A stretch of DNA of 64,000 nucleotides from Candidatus Omnitrophota bacterium. GTDB taxonomy: Bacteria; Omnitrophota; Gorgyraeia; Ghiorseimicrobiales; Ghiorseimicrobiaceae. The stretch's first letter is position 1; each line of letters begins with the position of its first letter. A model generated the notes under the pieces. That model was not told the origin of the DNA. It saw only the letters and a list, made by a program, of their open reading frames with translations, and ran no database searches. The stretch covers positions 12,223 to 76,222 of the forward strand of contig JAUXSB010000033.1 of the NCBI GenBank assembly GCA_030681595.1, in the 5' to 3' direction. Shown in pieces: positions 42,001-54,000 of the stretch. The translations under genes and the position numbers were made by a program.

Positions 42001-45000
42001 ATCTTTGCCATATCTTCTGTGCTTAAGCTGTGAATCTTTCTAAGCCGAGACGGAATCTTGCCGCCAAACAACAGGCCATTAGAAACAAAATCTAGTAAAA
42101 TTAAACGGGCAAGTTCGCCTAAATATTTACCGGAAACCATCTTCTCTTCTAAATGCGAACCGCGGTTTTCTGACTGTTTATCTAACATCTCATCATATTT
42201 AGTCTTGGACAGACTCTTATTAAAATTCCCTGACTCCATATTGATAATCATAGATTTACCGGAATATGGACCGATTTTTTTCTTAATCTTGGATGCCTTC
42301 ATCCTTGCGGACATATTTGTGCCTGTGCCTAGGATTAATGCTATATCGCAACGCAAATCAAGATAAGCCTTTGCTACCTGTGTACCCGTAGTATCATTAT
42401 CCAAAGAAACAATCTTAACATTATTAACGTTCTGACGTTTTAATGCCGCCTCAAGTAAAACAACCACGTCTTTGCCTTTGACGCCTTTTGCCGTAAAGCC
42501 TTTACTCCAACTCATAAGAACACCTTGGTCAATAGCTGTCTGATGAACGGCAAAACTAAAGGTATAACCTAAGGAATATTCGCCCGAATAACCATGCTTC
42601 CTTAAGAAGCTCTTTAGGAACTTAGCTAAGGCGTCAAATAAAATATTTCCTGTCTGGGTAATATCTCTCTTCTTGAGCCTGTATTTCTCAACTATAATTT
42701 CCGGGCCGGAAGAATCGCCTTTTAACTCCACCATCAGAACGCGGAAGTTCGTTGCGCCTAAATCAAGCGCCAAAAATAGGCCTTTTTCTTTACCTGTGGG
42801 ATTATCGACATATGTTGGAAGCATCTTTAATGAGCTTTCTTCGCCTCGCAGGCCTTTTTCCATCTCCTTATGGAACGCCCGCATAATATCCCTTATGCCT
42901 TTAGGCGTTAAACCAAAAACGCTTCTTAAATTATTTAACTCGACTTCTAATACATTGTTCTTTAATCCAAGCGGGCTGGCGGATTTTCCCCGGCCTGTTT
43001 TCAGATGCTGCCTTGCTTTATTGAGTAAAAACTCATCTGTTCGTTCTAATAAATTGTACTCATCGGTATCAAATGCATCCGCGGCATCTATGGCGACCAC
43101 AGGCCCATAAGAAGAAACCAGCATATTAGGCTCTGCTGTAATTCCATACTTTTCCAGCTGTTGCATAATAAAAGGGGCTTGCAGATTATATCCAGTTAAA
43201 TACTTACCGCCTACAGCCTGCATTGCGTAATTAAGCCTGCCGGATTCATCTATAAAAAGACCATAAAATTCCGGATAAATGCCGATCATGCTAAGTAATT
43301 GGGCCGCATAAATTTCTCTTTCCGCATATTCATAGCTCTGACGTTGCGAAATAACCTTTACGACTACGGGAAAATTCTTTTGTTCAATAAAGCTTAGGTA
43401 TACGCCATCGTTACGCATCCCGCCGCAAGAGTCATCGGATTCAAGCCGAACCGATAAAGTATCAGCCAAAGAAATAGGCCTGTCCATTAAATCGCTAATT
43501 CCGATAATATCTGCCTGCAGATCTTCCGTACGCCATTGATGCATAACCCAAAACTTCTTGGGGTCTTCTGCTCCGGTTACTTCTAAATGCCGAGTATTAA
43601 AAATATACCTACCTTGACCCGGCCATTTTGTATTAATTTCGATACCGCTTTTTTCTACGCCAAATTCAACCAGGCGCTGGATAATTCCGGAGGAGCTGAC
43701 GCGGACAGCAAGCATGTTTAAAAAATCTTCTTTACGTTGTGCGGAAGCTTCATCTTTGAATCTAAGCGGCGAGGAATTGTTTTGGAGGGAATCGGATACG
43801 GCGGAAGCGAAAAGTGTATTATTAGGATAGGCTTGCCTAAGATATTCTAGGTAAGTTTTACTTTCTCTGCCAAAGTTATTATGCCTGAGTGAGGCGGCGA
43901 AAATCTTGCTCAAAATCGCCCCTGCCTGGCCGTCTCCTAAAATATCTTCTATTTCAGGGTCTGTCAGAGAGCGTAGGAATCTTTGCAATGCCTTTTCATC
44001 CCCTGTCTTTTCTATCCTTTCATAAAGCGCGCCCAAATAACGCTCAAAATATCCGTTGCCTAGCTTACGCCAGCCGGAAATTGTCAGGGCAATAACAACG
44101 CCTTTTAACCTGTTGTTTTTGTCTAAAAATCTCTCTCCTCTTTCATGATTTAAGAGCTCATAAGCTAATTTCTCGGCATTCACGAGGCGGCGCGCTTCAT
44201 ATGCCGACTTCTTCTCGTACTTTCTTACTGACTCTATAATATCTTCAATGCCTAAGGAGCCGTTTTTCAGCCAATGATACGGCCTGAAGGTTTCGCTGGA
44301 GGCACTGATGATGTCGCAGACCATAAATATCTCAAGCAAATAGCGCACCTGCCTCTGGTCATGTTTTGACATCTCCTTGTAAATATGGTCATTGAATATA
44401 TCGCAAGGCTTATGATGATAAAGTATAATCAGCCGAACTTTATCCGAAATCATAATGCCTTTATCTATCAAGCGCGTTATTGAATAATGCGGATGCATTA
44501 TCCTTATATCTTCTAATTCTTCTTCAGCAAGGTCTTCGGGCGAATTAACCAGATAAATAAGTTCTTCTTCTGACTTGCCTATATCGTGCAGTATCGCCGC
44601 CCTTTCCAATATTTCCTTTGCTTCATCATTTAAGCCCCGCAGCTTTGCCGCAAGCCGCACAAGCCAATGCACATTCTTTACATGCATCCGGGTATGGAAA
44701 ATAGTAGAAGGATATAAATCAAGCAACTTTTCCCGTTCAGTCCCGCTCAGGGGGCTGGCGGATTCAGGCTTAGCATTAAATCTATAAATATAGCTATTAT
44801 CTGGAATATCCGGGTAATGCGGCTCATTAGATTGATGAACATCTCTAATTTTTAAGCTGCTATTCTTAAATGCGTCTGTCAATGCTTGTTCCATTTCTTC
44901 ATTTATCAGATTTATATCATCAAATCCTTCTGAACTTGGCGGCCTTATCCAGCTTGTCCAGATAAACCCGGCTTTGCTAGACTTAAGCCTTGCCAACCAA

Positions 45001-48000
45001 CTAAACGCCTCTTTATAGCCGCGGAACGATATTTGCGACATTCCTAAAGGATCTGTTATTCCAAATGCAATGATATGGGTGAATTTATTATTTCTTACTT
45101 CTTCTCTGGTTTCGGCTAAATTAATATCCCCCGCTATAACCCTAAGCGCACCACCCTCTAATCTCTTAATTATTCCGCGATATTGGCCGATATGCTCTTT
45201 CAACATCTTTGCCTCTATTGAATTAGGCACTAAAACAGTAACATCTACACCGTATAACAGCGCGATTAAGGCAAATGAGTAATAGTATCCGGCTGAATAA
45301 ACCTCCAATAAACTCTCGCCCTTTCTAAAATCTAATAAGCTATATGCGGCCTCTCCTAAGCGCAATCTCTCCTTATCCGTAAGCCTCTCTACGCCAAAAG
45401 CGCTTAAGAAACCGCTTTGGAAAGCGGAAAATGCCTCAATATGCTTATGCTCAACCCTGCCGTATTGCAGAAAAAGCCTCTTTAGTTCACTTTCGATAAT
45501 TTCTTTTCGTAATGCCGATAACCTATCTTCCTCTTGCTCTTTTTTCTGCAATGCCTCGATTTCTTTTAGTTTTTTATTCAGCAGTTTTACTGCTTTTGAA
45601 GCAGGACTCATATAGCGAATAGCTGTCCTGATTTTATCCAAGGCGTTTTCCCGTAAAGCTATTGTAGATATATCTATTTCTTTTAATATTGCGTTAGCTT
45701 CCTCTAAATCAGCCTTTTCGTTTTTCGCTTCTGCAAAAATCCTTAATTCTTGGTGCTCCCTATCTATCTCTCTAGCCAATTGTATTTTCTTATCCTGTAA
45801 TATCTTTTCCATCGGGGCTAATTGATAATACTCCCTTAAATTCTTATCCATCCCGTTTATGCGCCCAAGTAACGCGTTTACTTCTTCTATGGATAAATCT
45901 TTTTCTAATTCCGGAGTGATTTCATTAACCAGCGCAAGTAAGGCTATTTCTTTTTCCGCTAAATCTTTTGAGCGCGACGCTTCATCTCTTAATTTATTAA
46001 TTTCTTTATCATCTACGGTTATTGAAAGTATCTCGGATTCGATAAGCCCTAATGCCTCTTTATACTGGCCTTCATAATAAAATTCCCGCGCGATGTCTAA
46101 GGCATCTTTAGCCTGCCTTAACAGCGTATTTCTTAAATTATAGCCTTCCCTTATCGCATTAAGACGCTGCGAAATCTCCGAAGTTAGATTCTCAAGCCAA
46201 ATCAATTCATTTATTGCATTTGGATTATCCTCTGAAATGCTATTTTCGTATTCTTTAATTTTCGTAAGCGCAATACCTAAAGAAACCTGGCTACCTGTCC
46301 TGACAAGTTGCTCTAATGTCTTCATGAATTCTTGGCGCCTGCTATCTATAGGAGAAGAATTCATCCCGCCGATAATTTTATTTATAATATTTATGTCGGA
46401 TTCTAGCTCTTCATGATGAGTTTTGTACTTTAAAATTACCGCGCCGTTAAAGTTTCTCTGTAGCAGATTAGCAATTGTCAACTCCGCAACGCTTATCATC
46501 TCTGGATTGGAAAGGTTCCCCGGAAGATAAACTGCCTTAATAGGCACTGTTTTATCCAACCATTTCCAGAATTCTTCCATGTTATGCCCGCCTTCTAATA
46601 GATGCTCTACATTTAGACTAAAGCCTATATTTTCCCGGTTATGCAGAAAATCAAAAAGGTTAGATATGTCGAGCCAGCTGTGCACTGGTAGATTCTCGAT
46701 ATTGAGTTTGACCTTTTTTTCTTCCAATAGAGAAATAACGCTTTGTATCATGCCGAAAAATGCGTATCTGGCATATTCTGACTTTACTATTCCGGGCAGG
46801 TGAACGTTTACGGCCCTGGCGTTAATGCTGGCGCCAAATTCTATAGCTTTCAACCATAATGATATATTCTTGAAATCCTTAAAAATGTCGATATTGTTCG
46901 CGTGGACAAAAATAGTCCTATCGGAGGCTTCCTGATTAAACCAGCCCCTCCAAGATTCCAATATATCATCCGGAGTAAAACCATCAAAATGAATCACAAA
47001 TACCTTTAAAGCCTCGGGAGTAAATTTATAAGTATCTTCGATTTTTTCATGCGGCCTGTTTTTCCTTCCTAGCAAAATACCCCTGTAATCATCCGGCGTC
47101 TTTATTGGGCTTGAGGCATATTTTCTCTGCACGCGCATGATAAAACCGCCTGTGCTTATAAACGGAATCCTTAAATCGTGTATGACCTGCCTATACTGTT
47201 CTTGGGTTAATAATATCGGGGAGGAGGAAACCGGCAATTCAATAGTGAATTCCGCGCCCATGCCGAATTCGCTCTTGACGCTCATATCCCCGCCTAATAT
47301 ATTCAGGATTTTCTTAGCGCGGTAAAGGGTAAGCGATCCGGCAAATGTTTTGGTAGAAAACAACGGCATAAAAATATAAAGGATATCTTCGGCAGTTATG
47401 CCCGCGCCATTATCGCTTATGGAAATTTTGATTCTATCTCTCAACTTAGAAACGCGTATCTCTATCTTATTTGCCTTTGCCTCAAGGGCATTCTTAAACA
47501 TATGTAAGATAATCGTCCCCAAATCTTCGCTAACCATAACCTTTACCTCTTCCTTCAATTCCGAAACATAGCCAATCGACGCCCCAAAAGACTTTACAAT
47601 TTCTTGCAAGAAGCTATCAATCTTAACTTCCTCTATATTTTTCTTAATTGCAGACTCATCAATTTTTAACGAAGAAAGCACATTTGATACTATGAATGTT
47701 ATGTTTCCGTGATCCCGGAACATACCCGCTATTAACTCTTGGGAATATCGAATAAATTCGTTATTATTGGTTTCATTTACCTTCTCGGCCAAATTGTTTA
47801 ACGATTCAAGAATCTGTTTCTCAATAGCCTCAACATACTTTGCTACCGAAAATAAAGCATCGTCTAATTCCTTCTGGGTATCGCGGTTAATACCTTTATG
47901 CAGCTTGAAATACCTTTCTACTTTTCCCTCTAAATAAATAATCCTTTCCAACAATTCACCTACAATATCTTTAGTATTAAACTCTTCAGCTTTCTTCAGT

Positions 48001-51000
48001 ATGCGCCGCGCGAAACCACCCAGACTCGTGAAAGGATTACGCGTATGATGGTGCAAACCATCAAGAACGCGCCGGCCGGCAAGGATATACCGGGTTTTCT
48101 CCGCTTCTTTCCTTACTTCCTCATTGCCATCCTCAAGGGATATCCTCAAAAACCATGACGCCTTCTTATTGCTGATAGCGCGTAAATCTATCGCCATCTG
48201 CCTCCTTATCTCTGGGTCTTGCGACCTTATTAATTCAAGTATTAAATCCCCGGCTAATTTATGAGCGGGATAATAATAAGCAAGTATGACTATAGCCGAA
48301 TGTTTTTCTAGCTGGTCTTTGGTCAGATACCTGTCTTTCTGCTTATGTAATAATTCGTTAATATTCTCCTCGCTACGCGCTTTTACTATCAACCTTACTA
48401 AATCATCAGGCCCTTCGGACGCCCATTTATAATCCTCCTCTTTATTTCCCTTATGGCTAAAATATATAGTAAATTCAAAAAATCCTTCGTTCTCTTCCGG
48501 GATATCCGTCGGAATAATTTGCAGCTCGATTCTAAAGATATTACCCTTTTCATATATATGTTGCTTGTAACTTATGCCCGGTTTCCTGCCATACACCTTC
48601 CTATTGTCCTTGTAGATATTCACTATTTCTATATTTTCCCTGACAACTTTTCTACTTCTATGCGGCCGCACGCCTACCTCAATATAGCCATCACTAATAA
48701 ATCCAAGAAACTCCTCCATGCTTACGTCTCTGTCGAATTTTACCGTAGCATAAGCAAAGAAAGCATCGCCTACTATTACCTCATTCGTATCTTCCCTATC
48801 ATGAGCAATATCCCAGGCACCGACTATTTTCGGTAACTCGTTAGCATTATTGTTCTTAATCGGCGAAGAAACTTTGCCAACAGATATTTTCGCTGTAACT
48901 CCCTGCTGCTCTTCGACTGATATATTATTACCCCTTAGAGAGCGATTGTATCCCGCCAGCCACGCCCCGTTAGAAAGTGACGAATACCCACCACCAGCCA
49001 CGGAAGGTAAGATATCGCCTTTAAAAATTGTCTTTCTAACGGGGCACGGAAGGTAATACAATCTCTTTATGTAGCTTCTCTCTAAAGGGTTATTTAAATT
49101 TAACGGACTGGAGTTAGCCTTTGAATTTATCTTTATAGCAGCGGGCTTGCGACTTTCCCAATATATCTCGGATAAGCCCAAAAGCCACCAATACCTCTTC
49201 TTATAAACTCTATGGGAAGTAAACCCGGCTGAATGTAAAGCTTTACCAACAAAAGTGCGCTTGAGTAAATTAGCGTCTATAATAAGCCTTTGCTTAAGAG
49301 CGCGTTTTAAAAATTTCTTTGTCCTATCCTCTCTTATCATCATGCGAATCGCAATATCATCACGCAGCCTTGCGAATAATAATTTTAGGGCGCAAGCAAC
49401 CAAATTAAGCCCTTTAGGATAGTTCTCGGTAGTATCCGATGCCACTTCCAAGACAACCTCTTTATTTTTCAACATGAAATCCATTCCTATTTGCGCAAAG
49501 AGATTACTGTTTTCGTCAACGATGTCAATAACTACGCCCTTTCCTGATAATATGCCTTTCCCTAATAAAGAATAAACCTGCAGTTGGTACATCTTCTGGT
49601 CGTTAGCCTTAAGCCACTGGCGGTTTAGGCCTTCTGATATTTCTTTTATTTGCTTAGCAATAGGCGTGAGTTCTTTTCCGGCATTATCCTTTTCGTAAAC
49701 AGAAATTATGCTCTCTAACAACTGCCCCTGCTCGTCTTTGCTAAGCTTCATTATATCCGGCGCAAATATCTTAATTATGCCGGTCTCGGGGTCAATGTAC
49801 GCTGTATCACGCCCAATTCGTAAATCCTCCCTCTCGGCCTTATAAAATTCGGGAATAAGCGCTTCTTTCTCTAATTTATCGTTCGGTATCGGCGAACTCA
49901 TTTTTCTATCTTTTACCTGCCTGAATTGTTCCGGGGCCGTAAAACGCATCTTGGTGCTAAAGTAAGTGCCAAAATAACCAAAAGGTATTTCTATATTCAA
50001 CAAATTAATGACTTCATAAAACCTCTCTACTAAAGATGCCGCTTCCCTAATCTGATGCGTGCTTGAGACACCCTCAAAAATCAGCACTTTTTTACGGCTT
50101 ATAATAAAGCTGGAAATAATTTTGGCCAACTTCTTTGTTGAGACTACCCAATCCCCTTCAATATGTATTACTACATCCCTCTTTTCTGCCCTTAATCCTA
50201 ATCCGCCTCTCTCCATATAAGAGGACAACTCTGTTTTTCCAACACCCTGGTCACCATCTATGACTAAAATTACTTTCTTATCGCTTCTCTCGATAAAAGA
50301 ACGAATCTTCCTAATTCCTTTGTCTACCGGCATCATAACCCCGGATTTTCTCTTTGGCAGCCGGGAAATCTGTTCTCGTAAGAATATAGCGTTTCTTAAT
50401 CTATTAATATGCTCTTCTTTGTAAAGCGGCGAGTTGGAGGGGCCTTTGCCGATTTGAACAACCCATTCTTTTTCGCTCATAAGAAGAAGGGACGTAAAAG
50501 GTAGGACAGGCGTAGCATAAGTATCACCTTTGGAATACACGGTATCGATAATCACTCCTTTAACGCTGTCAGAACCAGGATTGCATATACATAAGAGTAT
50601 CTTTGAAATTTTCTTTTCTTTCGCTAACCAATTCACAACCTTAGCTGCGGAAATTTCACCAATATACACTTTTCCCTGTTTTTTCTCTCCCCTTGCGCCC
50701 AAGAAAGGTCCTTCGTATTTAAAACCTTTCTTGAATTCAGAAACGGTAATGAGTGTGGCTTTGACTTCTCGAACAAAAACAGCAGAACCTGGATTGTTCA
50801 AAAGAATATATTCCATCTGATCAATACTCTGTTGGGGCTCTAATTCAAAAATAAGAATTGGGAATTTGGTTAATAATATAGGGGAGGAGACGATGACTGA
50901 TGGCTGATGACCTGGTAACTTTTCTTCCACCGGCGAACTGCTTAATGCCTCTTCAGCGAAAGATATTTTTTCCCGGATTGAGGAAAGGCTTGCTTCTGTT

Positions 51001-54000
51001 TCTTTTCTTTGTTCGAATAGGCTGATCTTCAGGCCGGTTTGGGACCCAATCAAGTCGGATTCCTGTTGGCGAATGTCACTGAGTTTAGCTTCTAGTTTAG
51101 CTTCCTTGGCTTTGAGCCAAGCGATAATTTTTTTCCCTTCCCACACCGCCCTACCAAAATATAAATCAGCTAAAATTGCAATATAAAAGTCGGTTATCTG
51201 CTCATCAGTAAAACCTAATTTCTTTAAATCTCTAACTGCTTTAAGGCGGAGATCAAAGTTTGGATCAACTAATTTCTTAATTAATCTCGATACTCGAGTT
51301 ATTCTAAAAGAAATCCATATTCCCAACAGCTCTGCGATTGCGATACTAATATACGAATGCAAGGTTCTTACCAGCGCACCGGGAAAACCGGAAGACCCAT
51401 TCTTTCCTGCAAGTTTTGAGCTATGCGGATTAGAAGTTGAGTTATTATCGATATTATTCTTCTTATCGGGAGACTTGCTTGCCATTGAGGCAAAAACATT
51501 AAGGGTTAATAAAAACATCCAGACGAGATTAAATAGATTGCTGGTAGCAGCATAAGAATAATATATGGAATTTGCCGTCAAAGCGGATATATAAGTTAAT
51601 AAACCTATTTTTGGCCTTGACATAAAAAATCTTTCCGCGAAGAAAAATCCTTTTGGCATCATTTTTCTAAAAAACTCATAGCGGCCGTAGATAAATCCAG
51701 CTATGACTGCCGTGGCACTAAAAAGATGTATAGGCATCATATTGAATACCAATACAAACATTATCCCCGGTTTATAAAAATTTATTTCTTTATTAAATAA
51801 CTTGGCGGCAACCAAACTTGCTATTCCGCTTACGGCAAATGCTAATAGAGCATTAACAGCACTTTTGGTTAGAGCATAACCAATTAGAACATAGTCAAAA
51901 GGATAACCGCCAAGGCTATATGCAATAGTTAAAACCGCAAGTATCCCTAATACAATCTTCGTTTTTGTTGATATTTCTTGCGTCGTTATGTTATCATCTT
52001 GCGTCTTTTTCGCCATGGCGGGCCTGCCCGACTTATTTGTGGCGGGTGAGCTATTAGAGATAGTCTTATTAGCGATAATGAACTTCACAAAATTAGAAAG
52101 GATTTTTAATTGCGTATTCTCTGAAAGCTCAAAGAAATAAGGGTGGAGGATTAATGTTTCGCTAGAAATAAAACGGTTAAATGCGGCAGTATAGGGCAGA
52201 TTGGTTTTGAAATCTTTAATTAATTCGTATCCTTCGGTAAGGATTTTAACATAGAAGTAAAAATCAGGCGGCGCGCGGATTTCCTGACTTAATAAATGGG
52301 CTTGTTTCGTTAATATTTCCTGCCATTTAAGATAAAGCTTGCCTTCTGCCAAGGTTACTTTAATATCTTTGCCTAAGCTTATCTTCACAAATGCTATGAA
52401 GCCGCTTCCCTCATTAGAAATTATTCGTTTATGCTCCGCTTCGAGAACAGGCAAATTTGAAAACGGTAAACCAAGCGGGCTGGCGGATTGGCCCAATGCC
52501 TCAGCAGTAATAAAGTCCCGCCTTTGCCTCTTAGCAGCAGATGACAAGTCGTTTTTGTCCACCGGCGAGCTGGATGAAGATGGATACGAGGCATTATCTT
52601 TAGGTATTACTCTGGACGCCTCAATGGTTTTTAATATCCTATTCCCAACGATAATATTAACCAACAACACACCCCACGATACAAACACTATATCTCTTAT
52701 ACCCGTCGGCATCGCGATGTTTTCGGTCATAAAAAATAGTATAGCCCCCAAAGAAGCCGCAGACGCAATCAGTGCTGCCGTGCCCAATTTCAGCATCACA
52801 TCAACGATGGCTTCTAATTTCCGCACCCTATCACCTAACGCCGCCGGAGAGTTAGATTTTAATTCCTCTTCGCTTTGATTATCTTTTGTATATTTTACGG
52901 TGCTGTTTGCTTTTATCGCTTTTATTGTCTCTAGTGTATGCTTTACAAACGAAACCATGGCGGCAATAAACACTACCGACTCCGGTATGCCAAGCGAAAG
53001 AGGGCTGGCGGATTGGCCCAGGAAATCAAATGTCTTCCTGCCAACCAATTCCCAGATAAACTGTGACTTGGATTCCTTAAAACCTTTATAATCAACAACG
53101 TTATCAACTATAAGCATAATGCTCCTGTAAAGGGGGATACCGTATTTACCGGATGGCGCCTCATTCATGACATGCCTAAACAGACCCCCATAATCTTCAT
53201 AATCAAGATTAAACTCGGAGATATTTCCTTTTGCAATCACCGGAATAATAATATAACCTTCCTTTGAATCCGCCTGCTTAGCCAAAGCGGATAATCTTAC
53301 GATAAGCTCCTCAGAGTTCATTGTTACATCTAACTCAAAATAAGGAGTAATTACTTTGGGTAAGAGATTACGGGTTGCTTGGGCAAACTCTTTAGGATGG
53401 CTGACCGCAACAAGAGAGCTTTTACAATAAGGATTACGGTGCTCATCTAGTATTTGAATAACTTCGCCTGCCTGCTGCCTAATCTTTTCTTCTTGCTCTG
53501 GAGTAATAGGCGAAGAATTTCCTTGAATAGAATCGAACGGATTATAATATCCCTTGCCTTCTTTTTCCCACTGCCTAATATCATTCGTGATATTTTGAAT
53601 AATCGGAGAAGATAAACTAAAATCTTTTTCGCCTACCTTTTTATTAATGCCATAATATTTTATATTGATCCCTCCCTTATTATCTACAGTTACGATTTTT
53701 CTAAGCAAAGAGGTGCTTGGTTTTTCAAAATTTTGTTCAGGAATCCCATTTTGATCTTGTAAGTATTTCTGAATATCTTCTACTTTCCATCTTCTTAAAG
53801 GAGCTGTATCTTTCGGTGTGGGAGTCATTGGATCGTCAGAATAAACAATCATAATTATCCAATCTTTCCCTCTAATATCCTTAAATGAACTTTCCATAAA
53901 ATCTTTCTCTTTTTGCTTATCTTCATCTTCATGCCATCCATAAATATGAACCACTTTCGTTTTGCCTGTTTTACTATTGTAAGCTATTGTTGCTAAACAA

